Below are positions 33,706-43,299 of a stretch of 64,000 nt of DNA, piece by piece. The position numbers and the translations under genes were made by a program. Source of the DNA: an uncultured Phycisphaerales bacterium (GTDB lineage: Bacteria > Planctomycetota > Phycisphaerae > Tepidisphaerales > Tepidisphaeraceae); the NCBI GenBank assembly GCA_963844715.1, contig CAWJPJ010000007.1, positions 832,001 through 896,000 on the forward strand, given 5' to 3'. The notes beneath the pieces are model-generated. The model saw only the letters and a program-made list of their open reading frames with translations. It was not told the origin of the DNA and searched no databases. Position 1 is the first letter of the stretch; every line of letters begins with the position of its first letter.

Positions 33706-33972
33706 ATGTTACGAACGGTCAAGGCAACGATTGACAGAAACGGCACGGTGAAGCTTGCGGAGGCCGTTACGCTTTCGGAGCGCCGGTCAGCGCTTGTTAC
33801 GATTTTGGATAGGGTCCCGGCGCGATCGGGAAGCATCAGTGAATCCGCCATTTTAGCGGAATCTGCCCTGAAGGCTGATTGGCTCAGCAGCGAGGAAGAT
33901 GAGGCATGGAAGCACTTGACTGAACTGCCTGGCCTGGACAAAAAAAGGAATGGGAAAAAAGGCCGAAAATGA
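33706..33972 (+). CDS. Putative antitoxin
   Basis: 88 aa with ESALKADWLSSEEDEAWKHL motif typical of PemK-associated antitoxins; ATGA overlap with the toxin. Confidence 0.7.
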   Translation: MLRTVKATIDRNGTVKLAEAVTLSERRSALVTILDRVPARSGSISESAILAESALKADWLSSEEDEAWKHLTELPGLDKKRNGKKGRK

Positions 33973-34294
33973 TCGCAGGCGATGTCGTTCTGCTCCATTT
34001 TCCGTTCAGCGATTTATCGGGCGCGAAACTGCGGCCTGCGGTTGTACTTGCCGTAGTTGATCGAGCGGATTTTATTGCGTGTCAAATCACCAGCAAAAGA
34101 ATGGCTGACCGGCAGCGGTTGAACTGGCGGATGAGAGTTTTTCGGCTGGCGGTTTGCGGGTCGTGAGTTTTGCCCGACCAGGAAAATTGTTTACCGCGCA
34201 CCGGAGCGTCGTGTCGCGAGTAGTCGGTCGGCTGCGAAATGTGCAATTGGGCCGGATTCGCAACGCCGTTGTGGAGTTGATCCATGGCGCTTGA
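33969..34294 (+). CDS. PemK/MazF-family toxin (frameshift near 34110)
   Basis: GDVVLLHFPFSDLSGAKLRPAVV..CQITSK; shifted frame continues GLRVVSFARPGKLFTAHRS..VGRL to TGA at 34292-34294. Confidence 0.85.
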
Positions 34295-34328
34295 CGAGCG
34301 ACGGCGACAAAGTCCGAGATTCGAGCTT

Positions 34329-34592
34329 ATGAAAAAGAAATCAAACAAAGGTTCCGAAAAGCCAAGTGAAAACCTGGACGTTGCGCCGACACCGCCCGGC
34401 TTCTTCGGGAAGGCCGTGATGGGCAAATACCATGGGCAGTATGTCCAAGGACGAAAGGTCGTTCGCGCCGTGAATCTTGAAGAGGATGTTGCGGCGGTAT
34501 TTAAGGACTCGAATTCGGTGAACAAAGTGCTGCGTGCAATCATAACCAGCTTGCCGCAGGGAAATTCAAGGAAGCGAAAGAAATCTGCGTAG
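34329..34592 (+). CDS. Orphan BrnA-like antitoxin
   Basis: GKYHGQY..VNLEEDVAAVFKDSNSVNKVLR resembles antitoxins normally paired with BrnT; no BrnT ORF seen. Confidence 0.55.
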   Translation: MKKKSNKGSEKPSENLDVAPTPPGFFGKAVMGKYHGQYVQGRKVVRAVNLEEDVAAVFKDSNSVNKVLRAIITSLPQGNSRKRKKSA

Positions 34593-34626
34593 TAGCGGAC
34601 AAAGAAAAAGAGAGGATTATTGCACT

Positions 34627-34917
34627 ATGAAACTTCGACCCCTACAGGATCGTGTGATCGTCAAGCAATCGGAGGCTGAGGAAAAGACGGCCAGCGGGAT
34701 TCTTTTGCCGGATACGGCGAAGGAAAAGCCGACCAAGGGCAAGGTCATTTCCGTCGGGCCGGGGAAGTTGGACGAGAAGGGCAAGCCGATGGAGTTGGCC
34801 GTCCGAAACGGCGACACGGTTTTTTACGGAAAATACAGCGGGACCGATATCGAAGTGGACGGCGAGAAATTCGTCATCCTGCGCGAGTCGGACATCCTGG
34901 GCGTACTTGAGAAGTAG
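34627..34917 (+). CDS. groES: Co-chaperonin GroES
   Basis: LRPLQDRV, TASGILLPDTAKEKP, YSGT, ESDILG. Confidence 0.98.
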   Translation: MKLRPLQDRVIVKQSEAEEKTASGILLPDTAKEKPTKGKVISVGPGKLDEKGKPMELAVRNGDTVFYGKYSGTDIEVDGEKFVILRESDILGVLEK

Positions 34918-34975
34918 ATAATGAACTTGAATGCGGAACGATTAAATCGTCCGCGCTCATGATTGGAGAAAGAAC

Positions 34976-36601
34976 ATGGCCGCTAAGCAGATGAAGTTTG
35001 AGAACGACGCACGCGCCGAAATTGCCAGCGGGCTCTCGCAGCTCGCCAGGGCCGTCAAGGCGACCCTCGGGCCGCGCGGGCGAAACGTGGTGTTGCAGAA
35101 GTCGTTTGGTAGTCCGCGCATCACCAAGGACGGCGTTACGGTTTCGAAGGAGATCGAACTCCCTCAGCCGTTCGAGAATATGGGCGCGAAGCTGGTGAAT
35201 ATGGTGGCCAGCAAGACCAGCGACGTGGCCGGGGATGGAACGACGACGGCCACGGTGCTGGCCGAGGCGATCTATTCCGAAGGGCTGCGGATGGTCACGA
35301 CCGGCGTGAATCCGGTCATCATTCAGCGCGGGATTCTGAAGGCGGCGGAAGTCGCCGCCGATGCGATCACCAAGCAATCCAAGAACGTCAAAGGGCGCGA
35401 GGATTACAAACGCGTCGCGACGATCAGCGCCAACGGCGACGAAAAGATCGGCGATCTGATGGCCGATGCCATGGAAAAAGTGGGCAAGGAAGGCGTCATC
35501 ACCGTCGACGAAGGGAAGAGCACCGAATCCGTTCTCGAATACACCGAAGGCATGCAGTTCGATAAGGGGTATCTATCCCCGTACTTCCTGACCAACACGA
35601 CCTCTCTGGAGGCGGTGCTGGAAAACTGCCTGATTCTTTTGCACGAGAAGAAGATCGCGAATCTGGCGGAGTTGCTGCCGCTGCTGAACAAGGTTGTCAC
35701 CGCCGGTCGTCCGCTGCTGCTTATCGCGGAGGATGTGGAAGCCGAAGCGCTGGCTGCTTTGGTGGTGAACAAGCTTCGCGGCATTTTGCAGGTGTGCGCG
35801 GTCAAGGCCCCGGGGTTCGGAGATCGGCGCAAAGCGATGATGGGCGACCTGGCGGTCGTCGTCGGCGCGAAATTCATCAGCGAGGATCTGGGTTTGAAGC
35901 TTGAGAATATCGAACTCGACGATCTGGGCACCGCCAAGCGCGTGGTCGTCGACAAGGACAATACGCTCATCGTCGAAGGAGCCGGAAAGCGAAAGGATAT
36001 CGACGCGCGTGCGGATCAGATTCGCAAGCAGATCGATCTGACGACCAGTGATTACGACCGCGAGAAATTGCAGGAACGGCTCGCCAAGCTCACTGGCGGC
36101 GTGGCCGTGATCAAGGCCGGCGCGGCGACGGAAACGGAAATGAAGGAGCGCAAGGACTTGATTGACGATGCGCTGCACGCCACCAAGGCCGCGGCCGAGG
36201 AAGGGATCGTGCCGGGCGGCGGCGTGGCGTTCCTTCGCGCCATCGAAGCTGTTGAAAGCGGCAAGTCCAAGGCCAGGGGAGATGAGAAACTTGGCTTTGA
36301 CATTGTCGCGCAGGCGCTTCGTTCGCCCACTCGGCAGATCGCCGATAACGCCGGCGAGGATGGCGACGTCGTCGTGGATGAGATTCTGACCAACAAGAAT
36401 CCCGCCTGGGGATATAACGCCGCGACGGGCGAATATGTCGATATGCTCAAGGCGGGCATTATCGATCCGACGAAAGTCGCGCGCACGGCGCTGCTAAACG
36501 CGGCGAGCGTCAGCGGGCTGGCGCTGACGACAGAAGTGCTGATCACGGAACTGAAGGAGAAAGACGGCGAGTCGATCCCGGTTGCCGGGGCGGTGGTTTG
36601 A
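34976..36601 (+). CDS. groEL: Chaperonin GroEL (copy 2, no GGM tail)
   Basis: Full GroEL motifs, sequence divergent from copy 1, ends [17 protein letters not shown]. Confidence 0.97.
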   Translation: MAAKQMKFENDARAEIASGLSQLARAVKATLGPRGRNVVLQKSFGSPRITKDGVTVSKEIELPQPFENMGAKLVNMVASKTSDVAGDGTTTATVLAEAIYSEGLRMVTTGVNPVIIQRGILKAAEVAADAITKQSKNVKGREDYKRVATISANGDEKIGDLMADAMEKVGKEGVITVDEGKSTESVLEYTEGMQFDKGYLSPYFLTNTTSLEAVLENCLILLHEKKIANLAELLPLLNKVVTAGRPLLLIAEDVEAEALAALVVNKLRGILQVCAVKAPGFGDRRKAMMGDLAVVVGAKFISEDLGLKLENIELDDLGTAKRVVVDKDNTLIVEGAGKRKDIDARADQIRKQIDLTTSDYDREKLQERLAKLTGGVAVIKAGAATETEMKERKDLIDDALHATKAAAEEGIVPGGGVAFLRAIEAVESGKSKARGDEKLGFDIVAQALRSPTRQIADNAGEDGDVVVDEILTNKNPAWGYNAATGEYVDMLKAGIIDPTKVARTALLNAASVSGLALTTEVLITELKEKDGESIPVAGAVV

Positions 36602-36636
36602 GGCGCGACGAAGTGAAGAATTTGGTATCGCCGAAA

Positions 36637-36662
36637 GCCCACGGCAGCGCCGTGGGCGTTTG
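36637..36662 (+). terminator. Hairpin GCCCACGGC-agc-GCCGTGGGC followed by GTTT (terminator- or REP-like)
   Basis: Perfect 9-bp stem between groEL2 and dnaJ. Confidence 0.5.
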
Positions 36663-36738
36663 GCTAAATTAGAAAGTCAGCCGTTTACGGGTAAGATGAG
36701 ATAGCAGGGACGGATTTCGCGATTTTTTGAGGTTTTTC

Positions 36739-37881
36739 GTGGCCACCGCCAAGCGCGATTATTACGAAGTTCTGGGGGTGACGCGGACGGCGTCGGGCGA
36801 TGAGATCAAGCGCGCGTACCGCCGGCTGGCGATGAAATACCACCCCGATCGCACCAACGGCGACAAGTCCGAAGCGGAAATGCACTTCAAGGAATGCTCG
36901 GAGGCGTACGAGGTTCTGAGCGACGATACGCGACGCCAGCGGTACGACCAGTTTGGACATCAAGGGGTCACCGGGCAGCACGATTTTTCGCACATGGATG
37001 TCACGGACATCTTCTCGATGTTCGACGAAATCTTCGGCGGGGCTTTCGGTGGACGCGGCCGCGGACGCACGGCCGGGCGCGGGCCGACGCGGGGATATGA
37101 CCTGGAGACGCGCGTCGAACTAACGCTCGTGGAAGTCGCGGGGGGCGCGGACAAGACGTTGGATTTCGAGCGGCAGGATCGATGCGAGGCGTGCGCGGCT
37201 CGGGAGCCAAGCCGGGGACGAGTCCCGTCGTGTGCGTTCAGTGCGGGGGACAAGGGCGGCGTTGCCCAGCAGGGGTTCGGCGGAATGTTCCGGATGGTCG
37301 TTGCCTGCCCTAACTGCCGCGGGCGCGGGACGGTCATTCGCGATCACTGCCGGCAATGTGGCGGGACGGGCCGGCAACTTCGCAAGCGCGCGGTGGTGGT
37401 GAAAATTCCCGCCGGAGTGCACGACGGCCAGGCGGTTCGCGTGACCGGCGAGGGGGAGGCGGGCGAAAATGGCGCTCCGCCGGGAGACCTGCACGTTTAC
37501 ATTACGGTCAAGGAGCATCCGGTTTTCACGCGGCACAACAACGATCTGGTTTGCCAGATGCCGATTTCATTCACCGAAGCGGCCCTGGGCGCGACGGTCG
37601 AGGTGCCCACGCTGAAAGGGAGCGAGCCGCTGGAGGTTCCGTCAGGGACGCAGCACGGCGAAGTCTTCAAGTTGAAGGGGAAGGGGCTTCCCGACGTGCG
37701 GTCGTATCGGAACGGCGACGAATTGGTGCAGGTGGTGATCGAGGTGCCGCGAAAACTGACCGATAAGCAGAAACAGTTGCTGCGCGATTTGGCTGCCACG
37801 GAAGACGCGCGGATCAAGGAGCAGCGGAAAGGGTTTCTCGACAAACTGAAGGATTTGATCAAGGGAGAGGATAAGAAGTGA
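36739..37881 (+). CDS. dnaJ: Chaperone DnaJ (class A; compensating frameshifts in the Zn finger)
   Basis: HPD J domain, DIF motif, CxxCxGxG repeats, PPGDL. Confidence 0.95.
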   Translation: MATAKRDYYEVLGVTRTASGDEIKRAYRRLAMKYHPDRTNGDKSEAEMHFKECSEAYEVLSDDTRRQRYDQFGHQGVTGQHDFSHMDVTDIFSMFDEIFGGAFGGRGRGRTAGRGPTRGYDLETRVELTLVEVAGGADKTLDFERQDRCEACAAREPSRGRVPSCAFSAGDKGGVAQQGFGGMFRMVVACPNCRGRGTVIRDHCRQCGGTGRQLRKRAVVVKIPAGVHDGQAVRVTGEGEAGENGAPPGDLHVYITVKEHPVFTRHNNDLVCQMPISFTEAALGATVEVPTLKGSEPLEVPSGTQHGEVFKLKGKGLPDVRSYRNGDELVQVVIEVPRKLTDKQKQLLRDLAATEDARIKEQRKGFLDKLKDLIKGEDKK

Positions 37882-37911
37882 ACGAAAAAAAACGGAATTT
37901 AGATTGAGGAT

Positions 37912-38445
37912 GTGAAAATGAGCACGCGACCCACAGAACCGAACGCCGACGCCGCCGAAGCCTCCGGCGACCGTGACAGCCTGAAACAGGGGCGAGATGC
38001 CCTACAGCAGGAACGCGATTCCCTGTTCGAGCGATTGGCGCGAACAACCGCGGAATTCCAGAACGCGCGGCGGCGTCTCGAAGCGGATAAAGACCAAGCC
38101 GTCGCGTTCGCCAACAGTTCGCTGATCAAGAGTTTGCTCCCGGTGCTGGACAATTTCGAGCGGGCGCGGTCGGTCGATCCCGCCAAGGCGGACGTGGCGA
38201 CCATTCTCAAGGGGATGCAGATCGTTCATGATCAATGGATGACGGTCCTGAAGAGCCAGTTTGTGGAAACGATCGCGCCCGAGCCCGGTGCGCCGTTCGA
38301 TCCGTCGAAGATGGAGGCGATAATGCATCAGCCCAGCGCTGAGTATCCGCCGAACACGGTGACGCAGCTTTTGCAAAGTGGATATGCATTGCATGGGCGG
38401 ACGCTACGGCCCGCGCAGGTCGCCGTCAGCAGTTCGCCGGAGTAA
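37912..38445 (+). CDS. grpE: Nucleotide exchange factor GrpE (true start possibly GTG near 37878 via a frameshift)
   Basis: AEFQNARRR, LLPVLDNFERA, FDP, QSGY..LRPAQVAV. Confidence 0.93.
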   Translation: MKMSTRPTEPNADAAEASGDRDSLKQGRDALQQERDSLFERLARTTAEFQNARRRLEADKDQAVAFANSSLIKSLLPVLDNFERARSVDPAKADVATILKGMQIVHDQWMTVLKSQFVETIAPEPGAPFDPSKMEAIMHQPSAEYPPNTVTQLLQSGYALHGRTLRPAQVAVSSSPE

Positions 38446-38453
38446 AACCTTTC

Positions 38454-38813
38454 ATGCCGACATATGAGTACAAATGCGAGGCCTGCGGCAACCAGTTTGA
38501 AAAGTTCCAATCCATCACGGCGCCGGCGATTCGCAAGTGCCCCAAATGCGGCAAGAACAAGGTTAAGCGTCTCATCGGCACGGGCGCGGGTCTGATTTTC
38601 AAGGGGTCGGGGTTTTACACCACGGATTACCGCAGCGATTCGTATAAAAATGCCGCCAAGAATGAGAGCCCGGCGCCGGCGAAGAGCGAAGGCGATTCGA
38701 AGCCGGCGGGGGCGGAAACGCCCAAGCCCGCTCCTGCCGCCTCGTCCTCGGGATCGGACGCTACGCCCGCGGCGAAACCCGCACCTTCGCCGCGAAAGAA
38801 ATCCGGAAAATGA
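38454..38813 (+). CDS. FmdB-family zinc-ribbon protein
   Basis: MPTYEYKCEAC..CPKC..FKGSGFYTTDY. Confidence 0.92.
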   Translation: MPTYEYKCEACGNQFEKFQSITAPAIRKCPKCGKNKVKRLIGTGAGLIFKGSGFYTTDYRSDSYKNAAKNESPAPAKSEGDSKPAGAETPKPAPAASSSGSDATPAAKPAPSPRKKSGK

Positions 38814-38819
38814 ACCGCC

Positions 38820-39005
38820 ATGGAATGCCCGATCTGCAAAAAGACGGTGGTCCGCGGCGATGATCCAATTGCCCCCAATCGCTTTTTCCCGTTTTGCAGC
38901 GATCGGTGCAAATTGATCGATTTGGGCCGTTGGCTTGGCGGAAAGTATTCGATTCCCGTGGAGGATCCGCCCGCCGAGCGGGAGCCACCGCCGAAAGGAC
39001 GCTGA
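38820..39005 (+). CDS. yacG: DNA gyrase inhibitor YacG
   Basis: CPIC..FPFCSDRCKLIDLGRWL. Confidence 0.92.
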   Translation: MECPICKKTVVRGDDPIAPNRFFPFCSDRCKLIDLGRWLGGKYSIPVEDPPAEREPPPKGR

Positions 39006-39118
39006 GTTTGTAGGTTTGGCCCGCGAGACTATAATCCCGGTTTCGCTGGGCCTCGGCGTGTGCAACCGGGGATTTCGCCGGCGCCGGATGTTGGGTGAAG
39101 GGAAAGGAGCTTCGGTTC

Positions 39119-40871
39119 ATGCCATCCGATGGTTCAGGCGAAGTGCTACGCGGTATTGATTGGAAGCAGACGTTGCCCTTCATCCAGATCTTTGGGTCGT
39201 TCCGGATCGCCATCCATCTATCGAAAATGGCCCTGGGTCTGGCGCTGCTTCTGTGCGTATGGTTCGGGGGCGTCGTTCTGGATGGAATCTGGTTTCACTC
39301 GGCTCGAGCCGTGAGCGGTGAGATCGAGGCTTACAGCAAAATCACGTCCCACGACGTCGGCGAATCGCTCTCGACCTGGCGCGATCAGACTCAAAAGCAG
39401 ATGGAGTCGGATTACGCGGACATGCTGCTGGATTACGGGGTTATTGCACCGCAGGACAATCAGACCCTGGATGACGTGCGGCAGTCGGCGCTGGACGCGG
39501 CGGCAAATCGCGCGGATCTCGGAGAGCTGGACAGTAAGATCATCGCCAGGCGAGACGCGGCGGTGAAGCAAGCCGACAGCGACTACGACACGGCGGTCAA
39601 GAACGCCGACGCCAAGACCAAACAACAGGTGACCGATGACGCCGCCAACGCGCGGGACGCGGCGAAAATCGCCGCTTACCAGCAGGCAAGCGAGGACCAC
39701 GCCAAGGCCCATAAACTGGATGGGCAGGGGCTTTTTGCCGCGTTCTTCAGCTATGAGATTCGTCAGGTTTATCTCATTGTTTCCAGCATCGCGCACAACA
39801 ACTTGGTTGCCCCCGACGGAGCTGCGGACCATCTTTACGACTTCTTCGCCGTGGCGCCGGTATGGCTGATCTTCCACCACACGGTTTTCTTCGTGATCTT
39901 CGGAGTCTGGTTCCTGCTGATCTGGTCGATCTTTGGCGGCGCCATCAGCCGCATCGCGGCGGTGCAGGTTGCCCGGGACGAAAAGATTTCGATCCGGCAG
40001 GCGATGAATTTCGCGGTCGGGAAGGTTCTTTCATTCGGGTCGGCGCCGGTTATTCCGGTGGCGATCGTATTGGCGCTGGGTCTGCTCGTTGCGGCGGGAT
40101 CGCTGGTTGGAAATGTGCCGTTCCTGGGGCCGATCGCGGTTGGAGTGTTATTCTTCCTGGCGCTGTTGGCCGGGTTCATCATGACCCTGGTTCTGCTGGG
40201 CACGGCGGGCGGGTTTAATCTGATGTATCCGACGATCGCGGTCGAAGGTTCGGACAGTTTCGACGCCATCAGCCGAAGCTTCAGCTATGTGTATGCCCGC
40301 CCCTGGCGAATGGCGTTTTACACGCTGGTCGCCCTGGCGTACGGGGCGGCGACGTATCTGTTCGTGCACTGCTTCATCTATATGACGCTGGTGCTGGCGC
40401 ATCGCTTCGTGGGGATGAGCTTGTTCGGTCACGCCGCCGACACGCGGACGCTCTTTTCCGTCATGTGGCCGAGTCCTGCAGCTTCGGGGCGCGTGGCTTA
40501 TCAGGTGGATTACGAGCGCCCTTTCGTTCGGGCAATCGGTCGGTGCTTTCTTCATTCACGTTTGGGTCATGCTGCTGGTTTCGTTCATGGGGGCATTTGC
40601 GATCAGCATTTACTTTTCCGCCAACACGATCATTTACTATTTGATGCGGCAAGAGGTCGATAGCACGGAGATGGACGACGTTTATCTCGAGCAGTCTCCG
40701 GACGACTTCGACACCAGGCAGCCCCCCGCGACAGAGGCGATTCAGGTCACCGCGACGGTCACGACGGTGAGCACACCGGCGTCCCCGGATGAATCCGAGC
40801 CCACGCCCGAATCGGCCGGACAGGATTCGCACGAGGAGCCGCCCTCATCCGGCTCTGAATCGACGACATAG
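39119..40871 (+). CDS. Conserved multi-pass membrane protein (frameshift near 40520)
   Basis: Multiple TM helices, GGAISRIAA, DSFDAISRSFSY, IYYLMRQEVD..DDVYLE. Confidence 0.75.
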
Positions 40872-40887
40872 ATTTTCCCCCGCGCGG

Positions 40888-40893
40888 TATAAT
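40888..40893 (+). promoter_or_regulatory. -10 box (TATAAT) of the tRNA gene
   Basis: Perfect TATAAT 18 bp upstream of the tRNA 5' end. Confidence 0.55.
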
Positions 40894-40911
40894 TGCGATC
40901 GAGATAACAGA

Positions 40912-40985
40912 GCACCCGTAGCTCAATTGGACAGAGCATCGGTCTTCGGAACCGAGGGTTGGGGGTTCGACTCCCTCCGGGTGCA
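40912..40985 (+). tRNA. tRNA-Arg, anticodon UCG (CCA not encoded)
   Basis: Acceptor GCACCCG/CGGGTGC, D arm GCTC..GAGC, anticodon stem TCGGT/ACCGA with loop CTTCGGA, T loop GTTCGAC. Confidence 0.95.
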
Positions 40986-41013
40986 TTTTCCTAAGCTGCT
41001 CCGAAATCAAACT

Positions 41014-42288
41014 TTACGGCAGCGGCTTGAACACCTTCCGTTTGGGAAACTCCCGCTTTCGGCCCAAGTTGGTCAGTTTTTGGTCAGTCGGGTCGTCCGC
41101 TGAGCCAACTGTGCCGACCAACACCTGCTGAATTTGCTGCGCCTTATCGATGTCCTCCGGACGCACCGACAAATAAAACTGCTGTGTCGTCTTAATGTCG
41201 CTGTGTCCGGCCAACTGCTGCACCACGTGGATCGGCAGTTCGTTTGCCCAATTCGTGATGCAACTGCGCCGCAGGTCGTGGATCGTGTAGGGACCAACAC
41301 CCGTCTGGCGGCAGATCGTCTGGAACCGCCGCAAGGCATTATTCATTAAATCCCGGTCGGTTTGCCATAAGCCATCTTGGACTTGCTGGCGGTAATACTC
41401 CCACCGACCATGATCCATGAACACATAGGGACATTGCTCGGGTGCGATCGTCTGCCACCTTGCCAGCAAGTCGATCGCCTGCCTGGGCAATGGAATGGAT
41501 CGCATTTCGTGGTCCTTCGGCGTCCATGCCTGCACGAACCCTTCGGCTACTTTTCGCGTTACGTGAACCTGGCCTGATGCAAAGTCGATGTCCGCCCAGG
41601 TTAGATTCAACGCTTCACGAAGACGCAAACCGGTCGTGTAAAGCACTACGAGTAATGCTCGCCACATCGCATCCGGCGCCCTGCCGACCAAAGCCAAAAA
41701 ATCTTTGGGCGGACAATACGGCGGACGCTTGCGCCCAACCTTCAGCAGGGGAACGCCGGAACACGGATTGGCTCCCTTTGCCAAGTAACCTCGGAAAATC
41801 GCGAGGTTGAACAGACGCCGAAGCGTCTTGACCTCACGATTGGCGGAAGCCGGCACGATACCGGCGCCAATTCGTTGCGAGCGGAACTGCTCCATCTCCC
41901 TTGCGGTGACGCGATGGATCGACCGGTCCCATCCGGTAGAATCGGCCAGCAATTTCAACGTCGCCAACTGCATATGCAGTGTCTTTCGAGCGACGCTGCC
42001 TTTCATAAGCTGCTTGTGCTCGTCGTAAAACGCTTTCAGTGAGACCGGCGTCGGGGCATCGCCCTTTCCCTGCCGGACCTCTTGTTGGGTGTTTTCGGCG
42101 AAACGCTCAGCCTCCTTTCGGCCATTAAAGCTCTTGGAATACCGATTGCCGTCGTTGCCGAACCACCGCACCACCCAGCTGAACGGCCGCTTTTTTGGCC
42201 ATTCGGATTTTGGTAGCGGGTGGCCCGACGCATCGGTCGGAACCGGCCCATAATAACTGCGATAGATACCAACTTTCGTCGTCGCCAT
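41014..42288 (-). CDS. Tyrosine integrase
   Basis: TGLRLREA, HDLRRS, LAGHSDIKTTQQFY; GGAGAGG RBS; stop 28 bp from the tRNA end. Confidence 0.95.
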   Translation of the reverse strand: MATTKVGIYRSYYGPVPTDASGHPLPKSEWPKKRPFSWVVRWFGNDGNRYSKSFNGRKEAERFAENTQQEVRQGKGDAPTPVSLKAFYDEHKQLMKGSVARKTLHMQLATLKLLADSTGWDRSIHRVTAREMEQFRSQRIGAGIVPASANREVKTLRRLFNLAIFRGYLAKGANPCSGVPLLKVGRKRPPYCPPKDFLALVGRAPDAMWRALLVVLYTTGLRLREALNLTWADIDFASGQVHVTRKVAEGFVQAWTPKDHEMRSIPLPRQAIDLLARWQTIAPEQCPYVFMDHGRWEYYRQQVQDGLWQTDRDLMNNALRRFQTICRQTGVGPYTIHDLRRSCITNWANELPIHVVQQLAGHSDIKTTQQFYLSVRPEDIDKAQQIQQVLVGTVGSADDPTDQKLTNLGRKREFPKRKVFKPLP

Positions 42289-42416
42289 GATGGGAACCTC
42301 TCCGGCCCGCATGCCCGGGGCCGATTGGGCCACCACGTGACGACTGACCAATGAAAGGAGTATAGCGCCAGGCGGCCGGGGCGTGAAGGCAATCGCAAGC
42401 GAAATTCGCAACGTTT

Positions 42417-42683
42417 TTAAGCTTCCGTTTTCACTTCCAGGAACCGATCCAATTCCTTCCTGCGGAACCAGACATGCCGCGCGTACTTGGTGGCGCGGAG
42501 CTGTCCCTTATCGCGCCAGAAGGTGATGGTGCGCATCGCCGATCGCGGCGTATGCGAGCTGATCTCGTCCAACCGCAGATACTGCGCCGCCTCCAGCGGC
42601 GTCATCAGGTCGGGGAACAGGGCCGGTCGAGGCGGCCACTCCAATGGCAACGGACACTCAAGCTTTTCCTCATGGTCGTTCAT
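42417..42683 (-). CDS. Excisionase-like HTH protein
   Basis: LMTPLEAAQYL..WRDKGQL..FRRKELDRFL; directly upstream of the integrase. Confidence 0.8.
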   Translation of the reverse strand: MNDHEEKLECPLPLEWPPRPALFPDLMTPLEAAQYLRLDEISSHTPRSAMRTITFWRDKGQLRATKYARHVWFRRKELDRFLEVKTEA

Positions 42684-42955
42684 GGATTTGCCGATTCCGT
42701 CTGCCGTTCGGACTCTTGAAACTCGTGAATGCGCTCAAAGGATAGTTGCGCGACCAAGGCAAGGATCAAGAGATCGTCCCGTCCGAAACTGTCGGCGCTT
42801 TGCCATTTGCCCGCACTGTCGCGGTACAGACGCTGGAACGTCGCGGCGAATAGGGGGCGGCTGCTGTTGCCGTTGTCCACGGCATTCTTCCAGATGGCTG
42901 CCTTCACGGTGCGCCGGCGGACTTCGACGATCGGCTTGATCGAATTGTGGTTCAT
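42680..42955 (-). CDS. Small hypothetical protein (possible nucleic-acid-binding), in frame with upstream DUF2274
   Basis: VKAAIWKN..TFQRLYRDSAGKWQSADSFGRDDLL; own AAGAGG RBS; ATGA overlap with xis. Confidence 0.65.
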   Translation of the reverse strand: MNHNSIKPIVEVRRRTVKAAIWKNAVDNGNSSRPLFAATFQRLYRDSAGKWQSADSFGRDDLLILALVAQLSFERIHEFQESERQTESANP

Positions 42956-43282
42956 GGAATGCCTCTTAAAAGAGTCACGTTGCCCCGGCTCTTTGGCCGT
43001 TATGCCTTTGGGGTATTGGTCGGACCGTGCCGCCGATCCGACCCCGGCCGAGGCCGGTGCAACCGGATGCTGTTTCTTGAATTTCCGGAAGGAACGGTCG
43101 GTCGCCAAAAATCTCCTCACGATCGGCTCCAACAGGTCTTTCGGTTCGATCTCCTGTCCATAGGTCTGCACATAGAGCCGACGGTACAAGAGTAAATCTT
43201 CGTTCAAGCCTGGATCGAGCCGGACGCGATATTCCACGGGCGGGCGGTCGTCGCGGAGTTTGGGAAGAGCAATCGTGGGCAT
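42956..43282 (-). CDS. DUF2274-like protein (no stop before the next gene)
   Basis: LPKLRDDRP..DLLLYRRLY..YG..RFLATDRSF; position after trbI; AAGGAG RBS. Confidence 0.75.
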
Positions 43283-43299
43283 GTCGACTCCTTGGCTAA

